Positions 51,195 to 64,000 of a DNA stretch of 64,000 nt are shown here, piece after piece. Positions within the stretch are counted from its first letter, which is position 1, and every line of letters begins with the position of its first letter. The position numbers were made by a program, and so were the translations under genes. The stretch is from positions 9,246,655 through 9,310,654 of the forward strand of contig NC_134033.1 of NCBI RefSeq assembly GCF_964204645.1. The letters run 5' to 3'. The DNA is from Tubulanus polymorphus. Lineage: Eukaryota; Animalia; Nemertea. The notes beneath the pieces were generated by a model. That model ran no database searches. It saw nothing but the letters and a program-made list of their open reading frames with translations, and had not been told where the DNA came from.

Positions 51195-54100
51195 GTGGAA
51201 TCCCGACAGATGGCGGTAATGCACGAGGTCGTCCGTGTGTATTCCCGTTTCTCTATAAAAATAAAAATTTCACCTCATGTACGCTCGAGGGCAATAAACA
51301 GCCGTGGTGTAGTGTAACTAGTAACTATGACAAAGACCAGCAATGGGGTTACTGTGAAGGTAACTTATATTAATCTTACAATAAAAGATGTACCCTGATT
51401 TAGAGGAGAGTTATATAAATGTCACGTATTTCCAATTCAGGACCAGTGAGAGTGCATGGTGGAAACAGTGGAAATGGCTACTGTGTATTCCCGTTCAAAT
51501 ATCAGGGTAACGATTACAAAGAATGCTTACTCCAACCTACGTCATCGATACCGTGGTGCTCTACAACATCGGATTATGACAAAGACAAACTTTGGGGCTA
51601 CTGTAAACGTAAGATGTGTTTTCACTGAGCTACATCGTTTGTTATCGATTGAAAAATACACCGTACTCGCTTCATTGCGTTGTCCTAAAATAGGTCTATT
51701 GCTCTCGGATTAAACGCCAATAAAACGAACGTTAAGTCGTTTTGGCCCGTTACATTGAACATCATTTCATAAAACATGCATTATCTAACTGAGCCTTTCG
51801 GTTTTTCTTCTTTTTTGTATCACTTAATAAAACGTAGCTGTGAGATGTGCAACTGGTAAAAATTTGCTTTGGAACCTGTTTGAAAATCGAGCATTTTTGG
51901 ATCCTCCGAAGAGCACCGAGAAGGCAGTACGCACGGTTCTGGAATGTCAACAGTTTTGTTTGAAACAAAAACAATTCCACTGCAGATCGATAAACTATGA
52001 TAAAAGCACAGGGACATGTTCGATGAATGATTACACCAAACCATCGCCGGGTGGCAGTAAATTCGTCAAGAAAAGAGGGCATGTTTATACCGAATGGAGT
52101 TGCGTAGCAGGTGGGATTTTTATATACAATCTTTATAGAAGTGGTTTTGATAAACTTCGTCTTTGCAAAAAAATTAATGAATTGAACTTCGGTAGTCTAT
52201 TAGATGACAAGGGGACAGAATCGACTAAATATCTTTTAGAAAGGTTGTTGGCGGAAAAAATAATTTGAGCATTCGTTGAATCAAGAGTGGGCATATATGT
52301 TGGTCTAGCGGTTGGCTAAAAAACGAATAAAGAAGATATTTTCAAGCTTTCATAAGACATGGATTGACAAAAATGAAGTATTCGTATGTAAAGCGTAAAG
52401 TCGGATATAAAGATCTATATCCGGAATAACATTCATGGATAATTTCATAATTGATTTCATATAGGATAAAACGAAGTATCTGCTTGATTCCATAGTCAGT
52501 CCATTGACGGCCGTGCCTTTCCAACAGTGCCCCGAAATTGGGAAACAAGCTCGCTAACAGCTTATGAATTTTTCATTTTTGCCCACTTGGCACTTAAGTT
52601 GGAAAATACCCGATATCAAGAATTATGTCAAATCGTAAAGACTAAGGCCGCAGGCCGATGGCTGAAAGTCTCTTATTAAAATTGTGTAACATAGCGCCCC
52701 GTTGGAATAAAACGTAATTTAATGTATGGTTCAAATGTATATTGTTACATAGAAAGTATATTGCTCCTTACTAATGTATTACTGTAATTTTGTTCCGTAT
52801 TGTATGATAATTGTCACCTTGTTGCGATGAATAAGGGTGTTAGATATATGTATTATGGATTGATATTATTCCATATCCATTTACGCAGGTAAAGTAAAAA
52901 CAGAAGGAGGAACGGCAGATGGCGCTGCATGTCAATTTCCATTCACTGTAAACAATATAACTAAATACTCGTGTATGACGGACAAACAGAGACACAGTCC
53001 GTGGTGCGCTACAACTGAATCGTACGACAAGGATAAACAATGGGGGTTCTGTCAGGGTAAGTTCAACAAGATGTTCAAATCACCAAATGCTTTAACAGGA
53101 TGCACGTATTAAGGAACATCAGCGCGTTTAAACAGACAAGTCAATAATTGTTATTTGCAGCGTCAGTAGGGCTGCGAAGCGAAGCACCCCGATGTAACTG
53201 ATGAGAAATGCGACCATAGCCCAACTCGATAAACTGCGCTAAATTTCTAGCTACTGACGAGGAAGTGAAAACATTCTGAAATGGCTGAGATCTATTTTTC
53301 TATTGCCTAATTTTTCTTTTATCGAAGAGCAAAATAAAATTAACAATACATATTTTAAAACCAATTAAGCTAATAGCCATTACTATGTAGCTATGGGCCG
53401 CGAGAATTCGCAGGCACACATAACAATGGCTATTATCGTTATTGGTTCTAACATATGTAATGTTAAAGGGTAACTGACAATCTTTCAAGAATTTTCTACT
53501 ATTGCAATAAAAATGATTCATTATAGTATACTATTTAGATTGACAATTTGAAAGATCGGAAAAAATTTTCAATTTATAGTATAGTTATCAATTTATAGAA
53601 GGTTTGGTTTACATTTCGAAATACTTGAATTTGAAAGTTTATGACTAATTACAAATGACGCTAACTAGCGTTCATAATTTATACTATGTATATGCGGTCT
53701 CTTATTGGTTGGAACCCTTGCGCTCAGTTCCGTCGCGTCGCAGATGAGCTTATGTCGGCTGCGATCGAAAGCAACTGTCCGCTGTACCGACCAAATCAAT
53801 CATCAAGAGAGACGTCAACGAGTATCAAGATAACAGCATTCAATAGGCCAATGCTAAATTCGACTAAGTCGAGTAGATTCTCTAGTTGCCTCTGACATAT
53901 AGTCCAAATCATTTCCAAAAATGCCACACAAGCAAAGACTACGCAAACACACATATCAACTACTTAAGGAAATCTGCGTAGCAAATTAACATATGTCACT
54001 GTCTTAAAGTAATACTGGCAGGTAGTTTGTCGTGCAGTGCGGTGCTTTAAAGTTCACCGCTGCGCTTTCCTGTTGGGAAGTAAAACGGTGTCAAAGTTAT

Positions 54101-57100
54101 ACCAATGCATTGAATGATATAAATCCATCATTTTGAAAATATTTAACCTTCCCAGCGTCGAATTCAAAGAAGCTGCATAAAACTGAAACGAGCCTATTAC
54201 TCCGTTCGTACGCAGCGGTCAAAAATCGAATGCATTGCAACGGTGGCAAAGCAGTTAAATGAATACACCACTCTGTATGAACCGCACTATGCTGGAACCA
54301 CGCGCATGTGTCAAAATGTGGTTAGAAAGATACACAGTATGCAAACTATTTGTGTACGCAGTGTAGAATCGTTACTTTTAAATTGTTATCAAAAAATCTT
54401 GTATCCATCAATAATTGTAATCGTCTCTCCAATTTGGTTTGTCATTTTCTATGAATTCTTCATTGTATACTCCTATAAGCGTTCATCGCTCGTTTTATAC
54501 TTTTTTTTCTTTTGTAGGAGCGTTTAAAACGGAAGGTGGATCCGCGTCTGAAGCTTCCGGCAACCGGCTATGCATATTTCCATTTAAGTATCAGGATACT
54601 TATCACTATAACTGCGTCAAATCCAAAACTGCGAGATCTTGGTGTGCTACTACGGATAACTATGACATCGATCGACTTTGGGGATTATGTATAGGTACCA
54701 GAACTCATTTTCACAGTTTCAAGTTATGTTCATAACTACGTATAGTAAATTTCAACCGACAACCGTCGAGCAGGATCCAAGTGCATCATTTTATTTTAAA
54801 TAGCGATAACTTAGTTTGCAAACACTAATGGCTTGGTTAACAAACAAATATGAAGACCAGTCTGAATACATTTTCTTTCTCCTAGCCTTTGACATAATGA
54901 ATGTAACCAAGGACCTGTAAAATAAGTCATTGTTACCAGAAACATAAATACTTAAAAAGTTGAATGATCGATCTATGAAGAGGAAAATCTGAATCCCAAA
55001 CGGTTTAGCCTCTCGTCGGAACCTTCGCTATTCGTTTCAAAGATTTCAAAGATTAGGTTGTGATCCTAGAATAATATCATTTGAAAGTCCGTATATGCTT
55101 AGTTTGTGGCAAAGGATCTTTTTAAATTTGCCGGGTTTAGAAACGGTTGTGAGATCAACTCAGATCTCAATGCAGTTTCTGCAGAAACGATCTAACGGCG
55201 TAACCATCTGGATCTTATCTTGACTGACAGTATTTAAAAACTAAAGCGTTTAAAGTAGGCCTTAGTCAGATCGGAGGTACGAGACGGGTGATGGGAATCC
55301 TCCCACGGCAGGGATTCGAACTTGATGGCATCACTACACTCAGCTACGGCACGAACCCCTACCACAGTAGACCTGGTGCGCAGGTGCATATGCACAGCCT
55401 TGCCGCACAAAATGTTTGCGGCACCAATCAGATTGCTCGTTGTATAATCGCTAATGTAAATGTTCACGGAAGGACTATACATCGGAAAACCCAGGCAAAA
55501 ATAAAATGGGATATCTGATTGGCTAACAATGACGTCATCTAAGCTGTGCGTGTAGCTGCGCACTAGGTCTTATGCGGCAGGGCTTCGTACCGTGGCAATC
55601 TCGATGCCATCAGGTTCGAATCTCTGCCGGGGTAGGATGGGCGATGGGATGTTTTTCAAAATTATACGTTTAGAGTCGTCTTTGATACACTGTCGAGTGT
55701 TGATCAAATTGACCGCTTGACAAACGTTGTTACATTCTCATTAAGATGAATACGTTCATTCTCAGTCTATAAATTGTAAATGACATGTATACACATAGTT
55801 CATGTCAGTAAAAGATAAATGAATAACAGACAGGTCTATTCGGTATCAATTGTGGTTTGCTTTTTTTCTTACAGAGAAAAAGTGCCAACGAACGGAAGTT
55901 CTTATGAACGGAACATGCGTCAAAAGTAACCCAAAAGGTATGAACGGCCCATGATTATTAGAATCCAATAATGATTCATTTTTATGGGGCATATTTCAAC
56001 TGTTTCCTTCCAGCTAATGTCGTATCAACTGAAGGGGGTAATGCTGGTGGTGCCCCATGTGCGTTTCCGTTCATCTACAAACGTGTTTTACATTATACCT
56101 GTATAACAGACGACAGTACTAAACCGTGGTGTGCAATCACTAAATACTTCCCACTCGACCGAAAATGGGGGTACTGTAAAGGTAAAGCTAAATTGAGAAA
56201 TACGATGTAACTAAACAAGGCGCATCCTGTATGCAAAAATCTGTTTTCGTTTCTTTTTTTCAAGTAAAACACTCCCACGCGCATCCCGAGAAACTTGATC
56301 ATACTTTATCATGTTTTTGTCTCACGGTTGATACAGTCAATCGTTACAGTCGCAGATGAGCTTTTCGGTAACGAAGTGTATTCCATCCTTATTTACGGTC
56401 GTTGACGCCTTAATTTCCCCATTAACAGAATGAATAGAATATAGTTGACCTCGTCACTTTTCGAATTTGGAACAAGGCTTTTTATTTCGCTATTTTATTA
56501 AAGGGGAGGAAAAAAATAAAAGCCGCCTCCCTCGTCACTTTTCCAAAAACTTTTGATGAGAAACCAGAGTATTTTTTTTTGCGTGGCCGAATATAGAAAA
56601 CAACTTGATAGGAATTTGGATGAAAATGTTCAAAAATCATCATTTACCTATAGAACTGCATTTAATCATCATATTGAGGCTATAATAAAGGTCATATTTC
56701 AGCAATATGATATTGATATTCATGTGTGCATATAAATGATGAATTCGCTTTTTGAGTCTATTTTTCAATCTGTGTTATTTCCTTTAGGGTCATTAAAAGT
56801 ACATGGTGGAAACTCGGACGGCGCATTCTGTACATTTCCGTTCAAATATCACGGCAAGAATTATTACGCATGTACAAAAAAGGGTTCTATAGCCGCCTGG
56901 TGCGCTGTCACACCCTCATATGATGAGGACAAACAATGGGGATTTTGTGAAGGTAACTGTAACATATTTTCAAAATGATGATTTTGTAACTCGATAAGAT
57001 TGACTCCTGACACTGCAGTCTGCTCAATATATACTCGGTGTTATTGGCGCAAAGCATTTCTTGATGACGTTAGATGTAAGTGATACTAAACCACGTGCAT

Positions 57101-60100
57101 AACACAAAAACGGAAACAAATTTTGAGCTCTATTTTCCTACACAACATGGGCAATAAAGCTTGGTTTACTTGCACAATGCAAATAGCATGGTTACATTTA
57201 AAAAATGGAATGCGCACGTTTGCCATTGAAATTGTCAAGTTGTTGAAATTGAGTTTGTAAACATCATCTCAAAAATTTCTTTTCTAAATAACGCGTGATC
57301 TTCCTCACAGTGCTTGAGACTTGCCGCATATAAAATAAAAACAAGGAAATCAGGGGATTTCCGAACTTCGAGGGCCTGTCATGTAAATCACTTGTTTTAT
57401 TTGCCAGCCAATGGCGTAGTCAAGTCGAAAAAGCACATGCCTGGCTGCATAACCTCTAATTACCTCTTCATAGTAACCTGGATATATACTCCGTACCGGT
57501 ACCCAATTTATATGGAAAACCGCTGAGATAAAACGAAATCCGCTAAAAGATAAAAGGACGTTGGATGTCGACACAGGTCAAATCGAAGCTATCGGTTGAG
57601 TGATTTATACTCACTCATGTTGAGTGCATTATAGAGTTATCGTCCAATGTGACTAATCTGTTGGCCGAGCAGTATGTAGGGTTGATTTTGAAACAAATCA
57701 ATATTCCCAATCTATTCCTGGGAATAGTCCCAAGCTCACATTCGTATTTCGCGTACTGGTCTCGTCAATCTGTTTGCTCGTTCTTGTCACTTTTAATCGG
57801 AAAACAAAAACTCCAAATACAATTATGCATAATGTCACCCTCAGGGGTATTGGGGATAAAAAGGCAGCACACATCCTCAAATGTTTAGTGACCTTCTTCA
57901 TTGGTGTAGAAATGGAAGCAATTTTTGGTCTTCAAGTCCTCAAAATTAACGAAACCCTTAATTAGAGTCTATAAGTAATAGGGATATTTCGGTATCTACC
58001 AAGTTCAATATCAATGGGAAACGTTCCATTTCTTATGCGTGCAATGCCAGATCCGTTCTTTCCTGAAAGTGGAGCTTTTACATTAACTATCAGTTTTAAA
58101 ATCAAATTTCAAAGTGCAATACGTTCAGGAAGTGAGGTAATAATTCTAAGCCATTTAGTTCGATAAAATGATTACCTTAATATAAAATAATTACCTTGTC
58201 CGATTCCCTTGTATTTATAAGTGTGATAGCGAGAGATGGCGTTAAATTAAATTTGGGATATACAACCAATCCCCTGGTTACTCTACTCGTATTATTTCCT
58301 ATATGTTCGTAGTATTGAGCTATATTTAATATATACATGATTGAACTACCGTCTTTACACCAGGTATTTTATGTTAACGATAAATGATAGTCCCGAAGAA
58401 TTTTTTTTTGAAATCCTATAGGCCCCTAATCTGGCTAGTTGCATAAACGGAATTTCGGTCACAAAGTTTCTAGCTGGTGGCGGATCTCGACGGCGGTCCA
58501 TACCATATCACCCTCCAGTGTTACGAGTGCTGAATATTTTCAAACACCGAGAAAAGATCTCATCACTCTATATTGAACATTTTCTGCCACTTGCAATGTT
58601 TTGCGTCCCCATACACCGGCACTGTAATCCATAAAAGGAACCACTGCTGCATCGTAAAGTTTAGAATATACCTCATACGGTATCCCATTAGTATATGAAA
58701 TTTTTCGCTAGAATCCCTGCTAGACTTTTACTCGCATCCTTACTCAAGGCGTCCATTGTATGGTCAAATTCAGAGTTTAAATCTAGACCTAAATATCGGT
58801 AGTTTTGAACAATTTCTAGCAGTTCTAGTCAATTTAAAGTTAAAATCTGTTTCGGTCGATGTCTTATTTCGGAAGTGTCGCTTTTGTCTTATCGGTGTTT
58901 ACGGACATACGCCATTTATCGCATCAGCTAAGTAGTACATTTATCATACATTTACCCTGTAACGAATCATCACTATCACTGATTAAGATTGTCATCGGCA
59001 TATAATAATGTCGACACTTTTATTGGTTGTTTTATATGCACGGTCACAGGTGTTTGGTCACCTTGGTTATACGACATTCTCGCCGTGTTGTGATTGTTCA
59101 AGTGGAACGGCTTTGACGGTGTACAGTACATTGTACGGTATATCGCGTGTTGGATTTTCCAATTTCGAAAGAAAATTTCGGTTTTTCGATGTTCCTACGT
59201 AGCCTACTACATCTCATGGTTAATCGACAGTCACTGGTATAGATATTGGTATCCAATTCCATTAGGCAACGTTTTTGATAGAGCCAAAGTGCAGCGTGTC
59301 CATTTGCGTCCGCCATCTTGTTTCATCTCTAGAAGGTTTTTTTACGGGGATTTCAGAGGGGTTTTCTGTGTATTTAGTGTTTTCATCCTTTTACATCGTT
59401 CGAGTGTACTAATCCTTCACTTAAGTATTATGTCGATTCTGTTTGAATGAGAGAAATAGCTTAGAATCAAGATTGAACTTCCCGTCTGAAGAGTGTTGTA
59501 TCATATGGTCGATGGCTGTCACAACCGAATACATTTTTAAAACTCGCTACAGGGAATACACATTACTGCTTAACTGAAATTGTATTGTAAATTTTTTAAA
59601 GAAATTATACATCTTTATTTATATATCAAATTTTACGGACGCGATGCGAATTTTCTAGTTGGCGATTCAATTCGCACGAATCAAACGTGTTTGATATCAT
59701 CACCGAATTTAAGTTTCCGATTGCTAAGTTAGAATAATGGAACCATTTGATCGGCGAATATATCCGTCGAATCTGTCTTCGCCTTAAACGTGTCAACCTT
59801 AATCTCCTAAATTTTATCACAGGCGAAATATATACGTCGATGGTTAGTCGAGGAAACCTAGTCGGTCACGAGCTTAAGAGATTTTGATAGACAGTATTTG
59901 GAATTAAGGTTGGCGTGAATGAGTGGATTTAGAATATCAACTAACCGCAAATATTTCAACTTTCGAGATAAAGCATTGCGCTGAAAAACCTATTTTGCAG
60001 TCGAAACCGAGTCTATTGACTGAGTGTTAAGCATATACGTACAATGCTGCAGCTAATCCATTGATGAGCTTATTCCAAAAAAAGCTGCGTTTTGAGGACT

Positions 60101-63100
60101 TTAGTTATTTATTGATACTAAACATTTAAGAAGGGGTTACAGGTGGCCCTTAAAAGCACAGTGTCTCTATCAGGGTAGAGTAGACTCTGTCTCGTCGTCG
60201 CGGACATCCGTGAAACTGGTGTAAAGATCAGGAGATTTCTGTCCCTGTAAATGTGAGAAAAATCTGAATGTCTATAGCCGTAAAATAGCGTCGGTTCCGG
60301 TGCTTTCGCTATAGGCGGAGTCAACTCTATTATTTTCTAGAAAAACTGTGCATCGAAGGAGAAAACCTAGATTGGATTGACGCCAATAGCAAGGAATTAA
60401 GTGGACATGACGATCGAGTGGTGCCATCTGTTGATTGTTTGAAGAAATGTAAGAATTTATGCATCGCTGAAAAATCCTTTCGCTGTAAATCAATCGAATA
60501 CGACCGAACTGCACATGCATGCTACTTGAGTAAAGAAAACCGGAAGACGAACAATGTTAAGTTGAAAATATCGAAGAAACGAATTTATTCGGAATGGGCG
60601 TGCAGTCGAGGTTTGTTTCTTTTTCACTATCGAAAGTTGAAATAAAAGAGAAATTCCAAAACTCATTCTACTTTTCCCGGTGGAACTCATTATAAATTCA
60701 GTATCAACCACCAAATGACTTCTGTCACATACACTGACAAGTAGAGCTTTTGTCCAAGCACCTTAGTCATTAATGGCATATAAATTAACGTATTTTATCA
60801 AATTGGTTCAATCTCAAATATATAATAATTATTGTGAGGATACATATTGTGATATACATATTCATGTTCGTTGGCGACAGGCTTTATCGACACTGAAGGA
60901 GGTAACGGAAATGGTTTGAAATGTAAGTTCCCATTTCGGTATAAATCGGAAGAGTATATCTCGTGTACGACAGCTGATAGTGAACGACCCTGGTGTGCTA
61001 CATCAGAAGATTATGACTTTACACCTACGTGGGGATACTGTAAAGGTGATAATACACAAAACAAATCATAGCTTCTTAATCCGAATAAGTCAAACGTTTA
61101 TAAAAAGTGGACCGCTTAATCCGAATCAGTTAACTACGATCTTGATCCAATATTGAATATTCGTCTTCCAGCAATACTAGCCTATTTATTTTGGCACGTA
61201 TAACTCAAAACGCATTTCAAACTTCTATTGCAGATCCAGTTTTGACTATCGGTGGCAACGGAGATGGTGCCTATTGCACGTTTCCGTATAGATATAAAGG
61301 CAGATTTATGTACGATTGTTTGGAAGAAATGCGAGGGCATCCCTGGTGTTCTGTTACATCGAACTATGACCTGGATTTAAAATGGGGATTTTGTCGAGGT
61401 ATGCTTAAGAGACGGATTAGATCATGTAGCTGCTTTAAAGACACTTGTGGAATTCGTGGGTACCAAGTGTGGATTGTGGCCGTCTTAAGATATCAATTTT
61501 TATTCTAGAGGGTGTCTTGGAAAATGTGTTACCGAAGCTATAAGATCAACTATTCATTAACCATGTTGTAACTAATTTAAAATTACAATTTATCATTCAA
61601 TCTTAAATCTTCGTTAACACATTTTCGAGACACTCCGTATATATATGAATACCCCACGGATGGGCAAAATTTGTCTGTATCTTACTTACTTTGATAGTAT
61701 AAATAAGGAAGTTCGATTTTTGAACAATATGGGAACCCTCCACCTGTGTTGTTAGATCATTTAACGGATTGTGGCATCCCAAACTACGGTGTCTATTTCC
61801 TTGTCATCTAACTATTCTATCCTCCATGAGCCTTGTTCTACTTTTCACACTTTCCAAAATCTTGCAATTTATACAATTGACGCAAACACTCCTTTCTTCT
61901 GTGATCTTTACTTTATTATTACTTCATACAGCTATTGATTGCGTGGTCTCATTCAAACCCTCGATTTTACTTTCTTACCATCTTTACTCTTGTTCTCCCT
62001 AATTGTTCTTTCTTTTGATATCCCTCCCGAGCCGAAATCTTTGACTTATACAGTCAGGGTTCGATACACTGCCCTCCGATACGTCGCCAGACTTGCTTAT
62101 CGCCAACAATTTTAAAAATACGGAAGCCTATATCTCTGTTTTACGACAATTCTGATTTACCGCCATCTATCACCTCTGCGTACTGCCACCGCCAATGAAT
62201 CTCCTTATATGTACATTCCTATACAAACACAAAGTTAGAATGTTCGATATTGCACCAGTGAAAAAGTGATTGCCCGGTAATCTACCAACGGTCTCTCAGT
62301 TTACCGTTTTTGCAAGCATTGCGTCATCATCGTATTGCCGAAATCCCATTGTTTTTCAAACTTACTGGCAACTGTAGTTTGTAAATGATATTGTTGACCA
62401 CACAACCACAGAACTGAAAACATTTAACGTTCGATGCTCATTAGACAACTCTGGCTGTTCCTCTGTTACGATTTCAGCTACATTTGGCACTAGACTCCGG
62501 CAAAGTTTTGTGACCGCGATAGTATACGAATCACCCCTTGAGTACATGGTGATCAATTTAGATTATTTACCTAAAACGTATGTTAATAGACTGAGCTCTG
62601 GGGTCATCTAAAAAAGTACAGGCTAAAGGTTTACATTAACGTCTGACATGATGATTCGGTAACCCCTGTAATTAATACCCCGATACACCGCCACACTATC
62701 TATTACACCGTCAGACTCACGAATCCCAGATGCTGGTATATTGAGATATTACTGTGTTCTAATTTACTCACCTTATCTGGTGTGTTCAGTACCCGCTACT
62801 CTCTTTCTACTCCATTCTGACCAAATCTAACATTTCCATATAATAAATATATATGTTTTGATAATAGTTACTAACAGTAACTAACAGCTCGTTACTATTA
62901 AAAACTAAGGAATGCAATCTATGTCCTGCAGCAAAAAATTCACCATTATAGATTGTGTCATTGATTTTGTCATTGACATGTCCTACGGTATTCGAGGCCC
63001 CACTTTTCACTTTTTTCGGTACTCGTCTCAATTTAGTCAAATCGTATCATTCCAGATAACAGATGTCCGAATTCGGAAAATGTGCACTGGATTATTGCAA

Positions 63101-63325
63101 AGGACCATGGTATCTTAGGACATAACGACAAAATATTGAACGGTGTAAGCAATGTTGACGAGTGCCAGCAACTATGCTTGACTGAAAAGTCATTTTATTG
63201 TCGTTCTCTAGAATACTACGTCCCTGGCCACGCCTGTTATTTGTCCAAAAGTAATAAGAAGTCAGCCAGTAAATACTATGAGAAACAGCCCGATCACATA
63301 TACAGCGAATGGAAGTGCTCAAGAG
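51195..63325 (+). CDS. Partial multi-exon gene for an extracellular FN2/PAN-apple mosaic protein; exons 51195-51359, 51441-51608, 51838-52110, 52889-53056, 54518-54694, 56014-56181, 56788-56952, 60341-60610, 60881-61045, 61234-61398, 63056-63325
   Basis: Eight exons match FN2 (GG...G..C.FPF.Y......C......WC..T..YD....WG.C) and three match PAN (C...C.....F.C.S..Y......C......); all AG/GT bounded, lengths divisible by 3, no stops; start and stop codons not found. Confidence 0.93.
55296..55639. mobile_element. MULE-like MITE (9-bp TSD) in an intron, related in design to family A
   Basis: ~90-bp imperfect TIRs, (A)ATCCT...AGGATG; TSD GGTGATGGG/GGCGATGGG. Confidence 0.7.
58590..59010 (-). mobile_element. 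Decayed LINE RT fragment in an intron
   Basis: Minus-strand translation across frameshifts gives LYADD, KWRMSVNTDKTK, LEIVQNYRYLGL and LYDAAVVPFMDYSAGVWG. Confidence 0.8.
61508..61637. mobile_element. Tc1/mariner-like MITE
   Basis: Imperfect ~30-bp TIRs (GAGGGTGTCTTGGAAAATGTGTTA/TAACACATTTTCGAGACACTCCG) flanked by TA. Confidence 0.6.
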
Positions 63326-64000
63326 GTAAGGGTTTGTTAGTTACACTTATAAGGGCTTTTCACTTTCGGTTGAAAAAATTCGGGTTAAGAGGGGGTTGGT
63401 TTTTAAGGACTCTCGCCTTAGCGAAGTCTATTTCGCTATCGTGTATGAGACTTTAAATTATTATCATTATTATTATCATTTTCTTCCTTTGTACAAGATA
63501 CATTCTTAACGAGACATTAGTTTCTCTTCGGAACTTTCAAAACATTCAACGCAGTAATAAAATCTCTAACCCTATTGAATTCCACCGGAATGCGTTGCTA
63601 ATTTACCAATTTAGTTATTTATTTGTTGTGTGAAGTACATTTCGTTTTGACTACAAAACTATTCTTTGAAAAAGAAAGAATACAAATCAAATAGATCTTT
63701 ATATGATTTTTCATAAGCAATACTCTTGCTCCAAACAAGCGCCAGTTTTAAAGGTAAATGAATTGGCCAATGTGCGATTTATTATGAGCTGGTGAGAAAA
63801 CTTTGCCACAAAACTTTGTATGCTTTGTATACACTGGCATTTAAACCAGCAAGGCAGAAATCCGTAGTCGCTACTTTGCAGCTATATTTCATATTATTGT
63901 TTTAATTTTGGGATACTCTTCTCAGACTATATATAATTATACATGCATATAGGGGTCGCATACATGCATATATACATGCAAAATAGCGTTAACTGTTACC

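Overview
AT-rich, intron-containing eukaryotic DNA, most likely from an invertebrate animal, and dominated by transposons. Main contents: (1) a virus-like intronless block at 1-2.5 kb with a Zn-finger HNH endonuclease ORF, followed by a 268-bp foldback; (2) a full-length but decayed ISL2EU-type DNA transposon (4696-11299, AT TSD, ~365-bp TIRs) with a THAP-HTH-DDE transposase and a divergent SAP-SWIM-YqaJ gene, the transposase interrupted by an IS3EU-like non-autonomous element; (3) a 5-exon gene for a 143-aa secreted astacin-like protein with no propeptide, zinc ligands or Met-turn; (4) two large non-coding TIR elements (5.8 and 10.25 kb) with AA..TT ends and 4-bp TSDs, the larger carrying a paralogue of neighbouring DNA and satellites; (5) 11 symmetric phase-1 exons of a fibronectin type II/PAN-apple mosaic gene, incomplete at both ends; plus LINE fragments and several MITE families. 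The most striking observation is in the ISL2EU element: the 76-bp spacer between the two start codons is two back-to-back 3' splice sites, and each TIR carries an inward-facing consensus splice donor. This suggests a symmetric 'cross-over' expression scheme. All calls come from manual reading; no searches were run.
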